From positions 1,152,001-1,216,000 of the forward strand of contig OZ241907.1 of assembly GCA_965203515.1 (NCBI GenBank): a stretch of 64,000 bases of DNA, read 5' to 3'. The translations under genes and the position numbers were made by a program. The notes under the pieces were generated by a model that ran no database searches, had not been told where the DNA came from, and saw only the letters and a program-made list of their open reading frames with translations. This document shows positions 19,741 to 29,696 of this stretch, one piece after another (the first letter of the stretch is position 1; every line of letters begins with the position of its first letter). The DNA is from Spirochaetia bacterium. GTDB lineage: Bacteria; Spirochaetota; Spirochaetia; SZUA-6; Bin103.

Positions 19741-21024
19741 GTGCAGGAAGCCACCGCATTCGAACGGATCGTCACCCTGGACGGGGCGCACATCAAGTTC
19801 GGCCCCGGCGCGACCGGCGAGACCGGTTTCGAAGCGCGCCGACTGGGCACGTCGCGGGTGATGGTCCTGACCGACCGCACGCTCCGCGACGGACCGCAGG
19901 TCGCCGCCGTTCTGGCCTCGCTCGATGCCGCCGGCATCGACGCCGGCGTCTACGACCGCGTCCGGATCGAGCCTACCGACCGCTCCTTTCGCGACGCCAT
20001 CGCCGCCGCGGACCGCGGGCGGTATGACGGCTTCGTAGCGGTGGGCGGCGGCTCGGTGATCGACACCGCCAAGGCCGCCAACCTGTACCACACCTACCCG
20101 TCCGATTTTCTGGACTACGTGAACCACCCGGTCGGCCGCGGGCGACCGGTGCCGGGACCATTGAAGCCGCTCATCGCGGTGCCGACCACCGCCGGCACCG
20201 GCAGCGAGACGACCGGCGTGGCGATCTTCGATCTGGAGAGCCTGCACGCCAAGACCGGCATCGCCCATCGCGCGCTGAAGCCGGCAGTGGGGATCGTCGA
20301 TCCCGACAACACCCGCTCGATGCCGCCGCTGGCGGCCGCGTGCACGGGCCTGGACGTGCTCAGCCACGCGATCGAGTCCTACACCGCCCTCCCCTACACC
20401 CGGCGGCCGGCCCCGGACGACCCGTCGATGCGGCCCTCGTACCAGGGAAGCAACCCGATGAGCGACGTGTGGTCCTCCCGCGCCATAGAGATGGTGGCCG
20501 CCAACCTGCCGGCAGCCATGGCCGGCGACGCGGCGTCGCAGGCGCAGATGCTGCTTGCCGCCACCTTTGCCGGCTTCGGGTTCGGCAACGCGGGCTGCCA
20601 CCTGCCGCACGGAATGTCCTACCCGGTCTCCAGCAACGTGCGCGACTACCGGCCGGTCGGATATCCGGACGATCACCCCATGATCCCGCATGGGATGTCG
20701 GTGATCCTGAACGCCCCCGCGGTGTTCCGCTGGACCGCCGCCGCCGATCCCGATCGCCACCTGCAGGCGGCGGCGCTGATGGGCGCCGAAGTCGCCGGCG
20801 TCCCCGCGCCGGAAGCCGGCGAAGCGGCCGCGCAGGCGATCATCGACCTGATGCGGCGCACCGGCATGCCGAACGGCCTTTCGGCCGTGGGATACTCCCC
20901 GGCCGACGTCGACACGCTGGTCGGCGGCACGCTGCCCCAGCACCGGGTCACCAGGCTCTGCCCCCGCCCCTTCGACGAACGGGACCTGGCGCGGCTGTTC
21001 GAAGGCGCGATGCGCTACTGGTGA
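19741..21024 (+). CDS. Hydroxyacid-oxoacid transhydrogenase (Fe-ADH family, ADHFE1-like)
   Basis: GGGSVIDTAKAANLY, PTTAGTGSETTG, GNAGCHLPHGMSYP, IPHGMSV. Confidence 0.9.
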   Translation: MQEATAFERIVTLDGAHIKFGPGATGETGFEARRLGTSRVMVLTDRTLRDGPQVAAVLASLDAAGIDAGVYDRVRIEPTDRSFRDAIAAADRGRYDGFVAVGGGSVIDTAKAANLYHTYPSDFLDYVNHPVGRGRPVPGPLKPLIAVPTTAGTGSETTGVAIFDLESLHAKTGIAHRALKPAVGIVDPDNTRSMPPLAAACTGLDVLSHAIESYTALPYTRRPAPDDPSMRPSYQGSNPMSDVWSSRAIEMVAANLPAAMAGDAASQAQMLLAATFAGFGFGNAGCHLPHGMSYPVSSNVRDYRPVGYPDDHPMIPHGMSVILNAPAVFRWTAAADPDRHLQAAALMGAEVAGVPAPEAGEAAAQAIIDLMRRTGMPNGLSAVGYSPADVDTLVGGTLPQHRVTRLCPRPFDERDLARLFEGAMRYW

Positions 21025-21065
21025 GCGCGCGCTCAGATGAGCCGGGTCTCAGATGAGCGCCGGGC

Positions 21066-22211
21066 TCAGATGCTGACCGGCCGGCCGGAAGCCGCCGACT
21101 CGTACCCGGCCATCAGCACCTCGACGTGGTGCAGCGCGTCGCGAGCGGTCACCTCCGGCCGCGCGCCCGAATCGAGACAGTCCAGGAACGCGGCGACGTC
21201 GGATCGCTCCTCGCGTTGCAGGGTGACCCAGCGGTCCTTGACCGGCGGCTGCGTCTCCCGCCCCGTCGACGCCCACATCTGCATCGGGTCATGGGGATGC
21301 ACGGGCGCGGTGGTGATCACCCGGTCGGTGTTGTAGATCTCGACGCGCGGGTGCGACTCCGCGAACGTGGCCGGCCCCTCCTCGCCCGCGATCGTCACGC
21401 GCCGCTCGCCGACCTGCGGATGGCACGGCATGCCGATGCGGCCGCAGCACGCCGTGGCGACGGTGCCGTCGTCGAGCGTCAGCACCAGCGCTCCGTAGTC
21501 CTCGATCCCCAACTCCGCGTGCTCGGCGAAGAAGTAGTTGCCGGTGACCCCGTACACGGAGGCGGCGCGGCGCCCGGTCAGCCAGTGGATGAGCGCTACC
21601 GGGTAGACGCCCATGTCGAACAGCTCGCGCTTCGCCGCGACGTGGGTAAAGATGCCGTCCGAGCCGTGTTCGCGGCGGACCGTGCCGGCCGGCACGGTGC
21701 CGGGCCGGCCCTTGGCCATCAGCATGTCGGCGTGCACCGCCCCGATGCGGCCGAGCGCTCCCGAGCGCACGACCGCCTTGGCCTCCTGCGCCCACGGGGC
21801 GTGCACGGTGGTGAGCATCTGCGTGACCACGCCGGCGGCATCGGCGGCGTCGGCGATCGCGCGGGCGTCCGCCACGCTGCCGGCCAGCGGCTTGTCGAGG
21901 TAGAGATGCTTGCCGCAGGCCAGCGCCGCCTGCGCCACGCGCGCCCGCCGTTCGACGTCGACGCAGCTCACGACCACGTCGACGCCGGGAAGCGCCAGCG
22001 CCTCCCCCAGCGACAGGTACGGCACGTCCAGCTCGGCGGCGAGCAGGCGATTCAACCCCTCGCGGTACTGGGAAACGCCGCGCTCGTCGGCGACGGCGAC
22101 CAGCTCGCAACGCGGGTCGTCGGCGAACTCGCGCGCGTAGCTTTCGAGGTGGGTCCGATTGCCGCCCAGCGCCACCACTCGGTACGCGGCTGCTACCCGG
22201 TGCGCGGCCAT
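21066..22211 (-). CDS. Gfo/Idh/MocA family oxidoreductase
   Basis: GKHLYLDKPLA, DMGVYP, C-terminal RDALHHVEVLMAGYESA. Confidence 0.88.
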   Translation of the reverse strand: MAAHRVAAAYRVVALGGNRTHLESYAREFADDPRCELVAVADERGVSQYREGLNRLLAAELDVPYLSLGEALALPGVDVVVSCVDVERRARVAQAALACGKHLYLDKPLAGSVADARAIADAADAAGVVTQMLTTVHAPWAQEAKAVVRSGALGRIGAVHADMLMAKGRPGTVPAGTVRREHGSDGIFTHVAAKRELFDMGVYPVALIHWLTGRRAASVYGVTGNYFFAEHAELGIEDYGALVLTLDDGTVATACCGRIGMPCHPQVGERRVTIAGEEGPATFAESHPRVEIYNTDRVITTAPVHPHDPMQMWASTGRETQPPVKDRWVTLQREERSDVAAFLDCLDSGARPEVTARDALHHVEVLMAGYESAASGRPVSI

Positions 22212-22621
22212 CACCGCGCCTCGCGCGCGCGGGGTACGGCGGACGGCTCGATGCGGTGATAGATGCAGCCGCGCGATCCCATCAGCACCAGATTGCCGGC
22301 GGTGGCGCCGCGCCCCGCGTCGATCGCCAGCAGGGCGCTCTGACCGCCCGGCCAGCGCAGCAGGGACGCGGTGGACCGGTCCGCCTCCCCCGCCCCGTAA
22401 TCGTGGTCGGCCGGTCCCCCGAACCAGGCGGCTGCGCAACGCCGCGCGGCCGCGGCGGTCTCCGCCTGCGCGCCGGCGGCTTCCGCACGGTCCGCCTGTA
22501 CGTGCACGGTCAGTCGCAACGCCTTGGGCGCGCCGATACGGCCGGCGTCGACCGCCGCTCCCACGGTGCGCGCCAGCGCGTCCCAGTAGCCGGCGGACAG
22601 ATCATCGGTCGGCGCGCTCAC
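22211..22621 (-). CDS. Hypothetical protein resembling a Gfo/Idh/MocA C-terminal segment
   Basis: GRIGAP and LVLMGSRGCIYH; stop overlaps the next start. Confidence 0.55.
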   Translation of the reverse strand: MSAPTDDLSAGYWDALARTVGAAVDAGRIGAPKALRLTVHVQADRAEAAGAQAETAAAARRCAAAWFGGPADHDYGAGEADRSTASLLRWPGGQSALLAIDAGRGATAGNLVLMGSRGCIYHRIEPSAVPRAREAR

Positions 22622-22682
22622 CGGGTGTGCCTCATCCGTGCTCCTCGCTTCGCCGGCGATCCTAAGCTACTCTGACGCCCTG

Positions 22683-23516
22683 ATGGAATCGGGCCATGCG
22701 CTGACGCAGGATCAGATCGACTACTTTGACGCGTTCGGCTTTCTCCGGCTGCGGGGGCTGTTCGACGAAGCGGCGATCGGGCCGGTCGTCGCGGCCGCCG
22801 ACGCCCTCTGGAAGGAGGACTTCGGCGGCGAACCGGACCCGGCCGCGACCTTGATGCAGGACCGCTTCGTGGAGCGCAGCGCCCTCCTGCTGTCGCTGAT
22901 CGACGACGCCCGACTGTACGACAAACTGGCCCAGCTCCTGGGTGAGCGTTTCGTCTTCTGCGGCTCGGAGGGCAACCACGGGGTGGCGGGGTCGCCCACC
23001 GCCCACCACTGGCACGCCGATCGGCCGGGAGCCGCCGAGCTGGGATACCTGCGCATCAAGGTGATGCTGTACCTGAGTCCCATGACCCAGGACAACGGCG
23101 CCCTGCGGGTCATTCCCGGGTCGCACCGCGCGCCGTTCCACCAGGCGCTGCTTCCCTTCAACCGGCGCCACGTGGAGCCTGACCCGATCTTCTTCGGCGA
23201 ACACGGTTCGCGGATACCGGCCCACGTCATCGAGACCGATCCGGGCGACGCGGTGCTCTTCTCGCAGACCCTGTTTCACGCCGTGTACTTCAAGGTACGC
23301 CCGGTCCGCCGCTACGTCGCCCTCAAGTACGCGAGCTGGCCGAAGAGCTACGCGCAGTTCGCCACGCTGCAACGCTGGAGTTCCGGCGCCTTCGATCCCG
23401 CGCCGCAGCTCCGATCGTGCCGGCGGCCGCGCGTGCGGGCGATGGTGGAGCCGATTCTGGCCGCCGCGCAGACGGTTGCCGACTGGCCCGCAGACGTGCC
23501 CTGGGAAACTTCATAG
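22683..23516 (+). CDS. Phytanoyl-CoA dioxygenase (PhyH) family Fe(II)/2OG oxygenase
   Basis: FDAFGFL, WHAD, NGALRVIPGSH, PGDAVLF...LFHA. Confidence 0.9.
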   Translation: MESGHALTQDQIDYFDAFGFLRLRGLFDEAAIGPVVAAADALWKEDFGGEPDPAATLMQDRFVERSALLLSLIDDARLYDKLAQLLGERFVFCGSEGNHGVAGSPTAHHWHADRPGAAELGYLRIKVMLYLSPMTQDNGALRVIPGSHRAPFHQALLPFNRRHVEPDPIFFGEHGSRIPAHVIETDPGDAVLFSQTLFHAVYFKVRPVRRYVALKYASWPKSYAQFATLQRWSSGAFDPAPQLRSCRRPRVRAMVEPILAAAQTVADWPADVPWETS

Positions 23517-23668
23517 TCCAGGGCCTTTCCAGGTCGCGAACAGTTGCTCTTGATATTGGCCATTATTTTGTATACATCTTAATATGATGTATGTACTAAA
23601 GCATACCTTTATGAATCTTTAGTAGCACATAGTGATAGCAATAGTAATCTTTTGCATACTATATGCCG

Positions 23669-24886
23669 TCATCCGGACCGGCGGGTCATCACCAGCAGCG
23701 CGATCGACAGCGCGCCCAGCGTGACGGTCATCGCCAGATAGACCGCCATGCCGCTGCGGATGCCGAACGCCTCGGCGACCACCGCGATCGCCAGCGGGAC
23801 CAGCATGCTGCCGAGTCCGCCGGCGGCGCTGGTCAGTCCCATCGCCTGACTGCGGCGGGTCGGGTACTCCGACCCCGCCAGCAGGATCAGCAACGGGTAG
23901 AGCGCCGACAGGCCGACGCCGGTGACGGCGGCGCCGGCAGCGGCCCACGTGATCCCGCCGGCCGGTACCGTGATCGCCAGGCCGACCACGGCGACCGACG
24001 CCAGCGCCACGATCAGGCGGGAGTGGCGGGTGCCGCGATGCAGGATGGCGACGCCCACCCGGCCCAGGCAGAGACCGACCCAGTACAGGGAGACGACCCG
24101 CGCCCCCTGCGCGACGGAGCCGCCGACCGCGGCGACGACGAACTCGCTCATCCACGACGCCGTGCCGAGCTCGACGCCGACGTAGACGCCCATCGCCGGC
24201 AGAATCACCATGAGCAGCGCCAGGCTGCGGTCCGGGGCGCCGGCGGACCGCCGCGCCCCCAGCCCGCCGCCGGCGCCCGCCGACGCCGCGCCCGCCGGTG
24301 CGGCCGGGACCGATCCGGTGACGGCGAGCGCCGGACGGGTGAGCAGAATGAGCGCCACCAGCACCGTCGCGGCGCCGAGCAGCCGGTATACCGCCCGCCA
24401 GTCGCCGCCGCCCGCCAGGAACCAGGACACCGTCCACGTCACGGCGATCCCCCCGACCGCGAAGCCGGCATGCACGAGGTTCATGAGCTGTCCGCGCCCG
24501 CGGCGCTCCATGGAGATGGTCAGGTCGTTGCCGGCCACCTCCATCGCTCCGAAGCCGACGCCGAGCACGGCGTAGACCAGCGCGCTCACCGCGACGCTCG
24601 GCCACACCCCGAACAGGAGCAGGCCGAACGCCTCCAGGCCGAGGCCGACCGTTACCGTCAGCCGCACGCCCAGGCGGGGCAGCACGAAGCCGGCCGCGGT
24701 GCTCGACAGCACGAAGGCGGCGGAGCCGGCCGCCACGACCAGCCCGGCATGCGTGTAGGACCAGCCGAGATCCCGGATCATCTGCGGGATCAGCGCGCCG
24801 ATCGCCGCGACCGCGCCGCCCATGACGCCGATGTGCAGCAGCAGCGCCGCGAACAACGATCGGACCTTCGGGTCGCGCGGCAACAT
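23669..24886 (-). CDS. MFS transporter (FucP-like)
   Basis: About 12 TM helices, MNLVHAGFAVG, YVGVE..TASW. Confidence 0.88.
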   Translation of the reverse strand: MLPRDPKVRSLFAALLLHIGVMGGAVAAIGALIPQMIRDLGWSYTHAGLVVAAGSAAFVLSSTAAGFVLPRLGVRLTVTVGLGLEAFGLLLFGVWPSVAVSALVYAVLGVGFGAMEVAGNDLTISMERRGRGQLMNLVHAGFAVGGIAVTWTVSWFLAGGGDWRAVYRLLGAATVLVALILLTRPALAVTGSVPAAPAGAASAGAGGGLGARRSAGAPDRSLALLMVILPAMGVYVGVELGTASWMSEFVVAAVGGSVAQGARVVSLYWVGLCLGRVGVAILHRGTRHSRLIVALASVAVVGLAITVPAGGITWAAAGAAVTGVGLSALYPLLILLAGSEYPTRRSQAMGLTSAAGGLGSMLVPLAIAVVAEAFGIRSGMAVYLAMTVTLGALSIALLVMTRRSG

Positions 24887-24987
24887 GGCGGGCCGCAACG
24901 TAGCACGGCGGCGCCTCAGCGACCGCGCTGCCGGTCTCCGGTCCAGGTACCCGGGGCCGCGCCTCCGGGCAGGTCAGCGAGGACGAG

Positions 24988-25060
24988 AGCCAGAAGTCGG
25001 ATTTGAACCGACGACCTGTTCATTACGAGTGAACCGCTCTGCCAACTGAGCTATTCTGGC
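24988..25060 (-). tRNA. tRNA-Thr(CGT), CCA not encoded
   Basis: GCCAGAATAGCTCAGTTGGCAGAGCGGTTCACT-CGT-AATGAACAGGTCGTCGGTTCAAATCCGACTTCTGGCT folds to a cloverleaf. Confidence 0.97.
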
Positions 25061-25212
25061 CGGTCGTGCGCCGAGCGCACGGACCCTCGTACTATAGCAT
25101 CGATTGCCAGCGTCGACCAGAACGGCTCGGAAGCCGGCCTTCCCCGACCCTCCCCGGCCTCCCCTCCCGAAGCGTTCGGCGCGTCATCCCCGCCCGTGCC
25201 ATAATCGGCGGC

Positions 25213-26166
25213 GTGAAGCCGGGAATCGGCGCGCAGCGCCTCGTCTATCTCAACGGACAGTTCGTTCCGGAGCGGGAAGCCCGCATCTCGATCTTCGACA
25301 GCGCCCTCATGTACGGGGACATGGTGTTCGAGATGACGCGCACCTTCCGTCAGGAGCCGTTCCTCCTCGACCGCCACCTCGACCGCCTGTACGACTCGAT
25401 CGGCTACGCGCAGATCGATTGCGGGTTGAGTCCGGCGCAGATGCTGGCCGCCACCCGGCAGACGATCGAGCGCAACCGCGGCGCCCTCGGCGGCTACGAC
25501 TTCCAGATCATGCACAACGTCACCCGCGGCGGCATGGACCTGTACGCGGAGCTGGTCCGCGAGGGGACCGCGCCGGTGGTGACCATCAACGTGACCCCGC
25601 TCATCCGCCACGTCGGCCGCAGCGCCGATGCCTACGAACGTGGAGCGCACTTCGTCACCACCGCGCAGCGGTCGGTGCCGGCGCGCTACATCGACCCCAA
25701 GGCCAAGAACCGGAGCCGCATCTACTACAAGCTCGCGGAGCTGGAAGCCGCCCGCGTCGAGCCGGGCGCGATGGCGCTGCTCACCGACGAACGCGGCTTC
25801 GTCACCGAAGGGACCGGCAACAACTTCTTCATGGTGCGCGGCGGCCGCATCCTCACGCCGAAACCGCACGACATCCTGCGCGGCGTCTCCCGCGGCTACT
25901 GCATGGAGCTGGCCGACGCGGCCGGCATCCCGGTCGACGAGGCGGACATCGAGCCGTATGACGTCCGCCAGGCCAGCGAGGCGTGGTACACCTCCACCTC
26001 CATCGCGATGGTGCCGGTGACCCGCTTCAACGGGGGGCCGGTCGGCTCGGGCGCGCCCGGCCCTGTCTACCGGCGCCTGCTGAGCGCGTGGTCGACCAGC
26101 GTGGGGGTCGACATTCCCGCGCAGGCCCGGCGGTACGCCGGCCTGGCCGCCGACTGGCAGCCCTGA
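25213..26166 (+). CDS. Class IV aminotransferase (IlvE/D-amino-acid transaminase-like)
   Basis: YLNGQFVP, YGDMVFE, catalytic K in DPKAKNR, EGTGNNFF, ILRGVSR. Confidence 0.9.
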   Translation: MKPGIGAQRLVYLNGQFVPEREARISIFDSALMYGDMVFEMTRTFRQEPFLLDRHLDRLYDSIGYAQIDCGLSPAQMLAATRQTIERNRGALGGYDFQIMHNVTRGGMDLYAELVREGTAPVVTINVTPLIRHVGRSADAYERGAHFVTTAQRSVPARYIDPKAKNRSRIYYKLAELEAARVEPGAMALLTDERGFVTEGTGNNFFMVRGGRILTPKPHDILRGVSRGYCMELADAAGIPVDEADIEPYDVRQASEAWYTSTSIAMVPVTRFNGGPVGSGAPGPVYRRLLSAWSTSVGVDIPAQARRYAGLAADWQP

Positions 26167-26183
26167 ACCCTAAGCCCTGATCG

Positions 26184-26999
26184 TCAGCCGCCGCCAAGGC
26201 CGGCGAAGCCCCAGGTGCGCAGCGCCGCGACCCAGCGCCCCCGCGTGGGGCTGCCCGCGGGGTTGGCGACCCAGTGCGGATGGCGCGCCAGCAGCGGAAA
26301 CGCCTCCAGCAGCTCGGCATCCTGCCGCACCAGCTCCGCCATCGCCGCCTCTTCGGCCGACGTTGCCGGCACGGCAACGTATCCAAGACTGCACATGCTG
26401 CGACCTTGGCGACCGCCCCAGCTCGCATGCCACACCCGGCTGTCGAACGCGATCACGTCGCCGGGCTCGGACCGCGCCACGTACGCCGGGACCTCGTCGA
26501 CCTCCAGTCCGCCGGCGTCCAGGACGCGCAAATTCGACTCCTTGAGGCCGATCTTCCGCAGGTCGGAGTGGAGCGGCTCCTTGTGCGACCCCGGTATGAA
26601 GCGCAGGGCGCCGGTCCGCTCGTCGAGCGGCTGCAGATAGAAGGCGAACTTGACCCCGCGGCGGAGGAGCGTGGACGAGTCCGGGTGCCACTCCGTGCGA
26701 TCGCCGTCGAAGGAGTTGCCGTTGGCGTAGAAGCCGATCACGGGCCCGCCGCAGAACCGCTCGGCAGCGCCGACGAACCGCGAGTCCTCCAGCAGCGAGC
26801 CCAGAAACGGCGTGTCCGGCCCCAGGTTGGACCAGTTGAGCTGCTTGCGGATGCCGCGCCGCTCGGTCGCCGCGGCGGCGCGCGAGCGCCCGACGTCGAA
26901 CTCGGCGCGCACCGTGTCGAGCTCGCCGGAGGCGAACACGCCGCGCAGCACCAGAAAGCCGAAGGTCTCGAACTGCGTCACGTGACGATCGGTAAGCAT
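26184..26999 (-). CDS. PhyH family dioxygenase
   Basis: FETFGFL, WHPD, GALRFIPGSH, PGDVIAFDSRVWHA. Confidence 0.9.
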   Translation of the reverse strand: MLTDRHVTQFETFGFLVLRGVFASGELDTVRAEFDVGRSRAAAATERRGIRKQLNWSNLGPDTPFLGSLLEDSRFVGAAERFCGGPVIGFYANGNSFDGDRTEWHPDSSTLLRRGVKFAFYLQPLDERTGALRFIPGSHKEPLHSDLRKIGLKESNLRVLDAGGLEVDEVPAYVARSEPGDVIAFDSRVWHASWGGRQGRSMCSLGYVAVPATSAEEAAMAELVRQDAELLEAFPLLARHPHWVANPAGSPTRGRWVAALRTWGFAGLGGG

Positions 27000-27035
27000 C
27001 GCGGTCTCCTCAAGGTCGTCGTGGTCGGTCCGCCT

Positions 27036-27962
27036 TTAGCGCCCGTAGCCGTCGGCGTTGCCCTTGCGCCAGTCCGGCACGTAGCCGCTCCCGGCGCCGT
27101 AGCCGTAGGAGGGCCGGAGCTGGTTGGGGGTCCGCCACGGCCATCCCTGACCGCCGATCACGCGGTACTCGTCCCCCTTGCCGGCCAGCCACGCGAACAT
27201 GTGGGCGACGTAGCGCGCCACGAAGTGGCCGCCGTAATCGGCCGTGCGCGGGTCGAAGTCGGCGTCGGCGCGCCAATCCCGCCGCGGCGGCGACGTCCGC
27301 CAGTAGTTGTACTTCAGCATACGGCGGCTGCCGGAGGCGACCGACGGCGCCCGGCGGTGCAGGATGCTCTGATGGTGGATGCCGATGGTGCCGGCCGGGC
27401 CGTCGCTCGACACGCCGCCCTCCGGCTCCCGGCCGCGGTCGAATCGGGCCAGATGGCTCCCCGGAACGATCTCCGTGGGCCCCAGCTCCACCGGCGTGTC
27501 CTGCGGAAAGTAGAAGACCTCCACGAAGTGGAGTTCCGGCCCGAACACGCAATCGGCGTCCTGGTGCCAATTGCCGGCCTGTTCGGGACACTCGACCCGA
27601 TGCAGACTCGCCAGGATCGGCAGGCCGACCACCGGACCGAGCAGCGACCGCATGATGCCGGCGATCCGGCGGTCCAGGAGCACGTGCTCGATGAACCAGT
27701 CCTCCAGGAAGATCGTGCTCGGTTCGTGGCTTCCGCGGATGCGGTCCATCTCCGCCTGCGTCATGCCGTCCGGGACGAAGCTCGGCTCGGCTGGCATCGC
27801 GCCGTCCAGCCAGTCGCACGCGCGCCGATTGATCTGGTCGGGGACTACCCCGCGCAGCAGCAGGCAGCCGTCGCGGCAGAACGCCAGCACCTGCGAGTCG
27901 GTCATCGTCGGCTCGCAGTCGAAGGTCCAGTCGTCGCGATCGAACCGCACCGTTCCGATCAC
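27036..27962 (-). CDS. PhyH family dioxygenase
   Basis: FCRDGCL, WHQD, GPTEIVPGSH, ILHRR. Confidence 0.85.
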   Translation of the reverse strand: MIGTVRFDRDDWTFDCEPTMTDSQVLAFCRDGCLLLRGVVPDQINRRACDWLDGAMPAEPSFVPDGMTQAEMDRIRGSHEPSTIFLEDWFIEHVLLDRRIAGIMRSLLGPVVGLPILASLHRVECPEQAGNWHQDADCVFGPELHFVEVFYFPQDTPVELGPTEIVPGSHLARFDRGREPEGGVSSDGPAGTIGIHHQSILHRRAPSVASGSRRMLKYNYWRTSPPRRDWRADADFDPRTADYGGHFVARYVAHMFAWLAGKGDEYRVIGGQGWPWRTPNQLRPSYGYGAGSGYVPDWRKGNADGYGR

Positions 27963-28557
27963 GGCTCAGGCTCCGGATCGGGCCAGGACGCCGGGCGCCA
28001 GATCGCCGATGGAGGCGCCCAGTTCGTCGTCGTCTTCCCGCGCGCGCCCTTGCCCGGCGGCCGCCGGCACCGGCGTGTCGTACTGGTAGTCCGGTTCGAC
28101 CTGCTGGCGCTTCCAGGTCGCGCGCATCTCCCGCCACGCCCCCGCCAGGGTGCGCGGCGTCGGCAGGTCGGCCGCGATCGTCCGGCTCAACTCGCGCAGG
28201 TTGTAGCACGGCACGCCGGCGTACATGTGGTGCTCCATGTGCCAGTTCATGCGCCAGTACAGAAAGGTGGACAGCGGGTCGAGCGTAATCGTGCGCACGC
28301 ACTTGCGGAATGAGGTGGTCCTGGTTGGTTGGACAGGTTGAGGGGCAGAATAAGGTGTACTCGGGTGGTTGCGCTACCCCCTCGGTCGCTTCGCTTGCGA
28401 ATGCGGCGGTAAGGCCGGGGTGCCGGGCGACGACCTCGATCCTGGGATGGCGGTCGCCACTCACACCCGCTCGCCTCGTAGACCGGCATCAGCGCGGTCA
28501 TCCGCCGCCTGTCTTGAATCAGCGGCCCTCCTGTCTGGTGACTTCGTCGGTCCATCG

Positions 28558-29439
28558 CTACGCCGCCTGCTCGCTGGCCGCCGGCGTGCCGTCGTAGCAC
28601 TGCGCCGGCGTGCGCCCGCCGAGCGCCGAGTGCGGCCGCTGCTCGTTGTAGAACGCCATCCACTGCCCGATCACCCGCCGCGCCGCCCTGCCGTCGGCCA
28701 ACTCGTGCAGGTAGACCGCCTCGTACTTCAACGACCGCCACAGCCGCTCGATGAACACGTTGTCCATGCATCGGCGGCGGCCATCCATCGAGCACCGGAT
28801 GCCGGCCGCCCGCAGCCGCTCGGTGAACGCCCGGCTCGTGAACTGCCTGCCCTGATCGGTGTTGAAGACCTGCGGCCGTCCGTACCGCCGCAGCGCCTCG
28901 TCGAGCGCCGCGAGGCAGAACGCGGTGTCCAGCGTGTTGCTCAGCCGCCACGCCAGCACCCGCCGGCTCGCCCAGTCCATGACTGCCACCAGGTACAGAT
29001 ATCCTTCCTGCACCGGGATGTAGGTGATGTCGGCGCACCACACGTGGTTCGCCCGCTCGATGCTCAGGCCGCGCAGCAGATACGGGTACACGCAGTGTTC
29101 GGGATGCGCCGTGCTGGTGCGCGGCTTGCGGTAGATCGCCTCCAGGCCGAGCAGATGCATCAGCCGGCGGACCCGGTGGCGGCCGACCGTCACTTCCTCC
29201 TGTTCGAGATGGCGCGCCATCTGGCGGCTGCCGTAGAACGGGTAGCACAGGTACAACTGGTCGATGCGGCGCATCAGCGCCAAGGTCTCGGCGCTGTGGC
29301 CCTGCGGCGCGTAGTACAGCGTCGAGCGACTCATCGCCAGCAGCCGGCACTGCCGGCTGACGCTCAGGTGTTGGTGGGCTCGATCGACCATCGTGCGCCG
29401 TTGGTCGCGGCTCAACGAGCGAGCCCGCGCGCTAAAAAA
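28558..29439 (-). CDS. IS3 transposase OrfB (DDE), reached by -1 frameshift
   Basis: YGSRQM, WCADITYI, NTDQGRQF, DNVFIERLWRSLKYE, YNEQRPHSAL; slippery T-TTT-TTA at 29433-29439. Confidence 0.93.
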   Translation of the reverse strand, partial: FFSARARSLSRDQRRTMVDRAHQHLSVSRQCRLLAMSRSTLYYAPQGHSAETLALMRRIDQLYLCYPFYGSRQMARHLEQEEVTVGRHRVRRLMHLLGLEAIYRKPRTSTAHPEHCVYPYLLRGLSIERANHVWCADITYIPVQEGYLYLVAVMDWASRRVLAWRLSNTLDTAFCLAALDEALRRYGRPQVFNTDQGRQFTSRAFTERLRAAGIRCSMDGRRRCMDNVFIERLWRSLKYEAVYLHELADGRAARRVIGQWMAFYNEQRPHSALGGRTPAQCYDGTPAASEQAA

Positions 29440-29696
29440 TCGCGCTCCACGGTCAACTCGCCGATCTTGGCGTGCAGGTCGTGGATGATCGCTTCGTGAT
29501 CGTCCTGCCGGCGCTTGGCGCCGGTGGCGAACAGGTCGTGCAAGCCGTCGACGGCTTGCCGCTTCCAGTCGCTGACTTGGTTGGGATGCACCGCGTGATC
29601 GGCGGCGATCGCCTGAATCGTGCGGTCGCCGCTGAGCGCTTCGAGCGCCACGCGCGCTTTGAACTCGGCGGTGAATCGCCGCCGTTTCCTGGCCAT
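29412..29696 (-). CDS. IS3 transposase OrfA (HTH)
   Basis: RRRFTAEFKARVALEAL, VHPNQVSDWK, KIGELTVERDFL. Confidence 0.93.
   Translation of the reverse strand: MARKRRRFTAEFKARVALEALSGDRTIQAIAADHAVHPNQVSDWKRQAVDGLHDLFATGAKRRQDDHEAIIHDLHAKIGELTVERDFLARGLAR

Noticed and set aside
23348..23563. Minus-strand ORF starting MANIKS, like ribosomal protein S20
   Set aside because: Similarity stops after six residues and the rest is antisense to the PhyH gene
24988..25060. tRNA-Thr as integration site of a genomic island
   Set aside because: No duplicated tRNA 3' end and no integrase in the window; the CAGAAGTCGG match at 29762 is only 10 nt and straddles an IS junction
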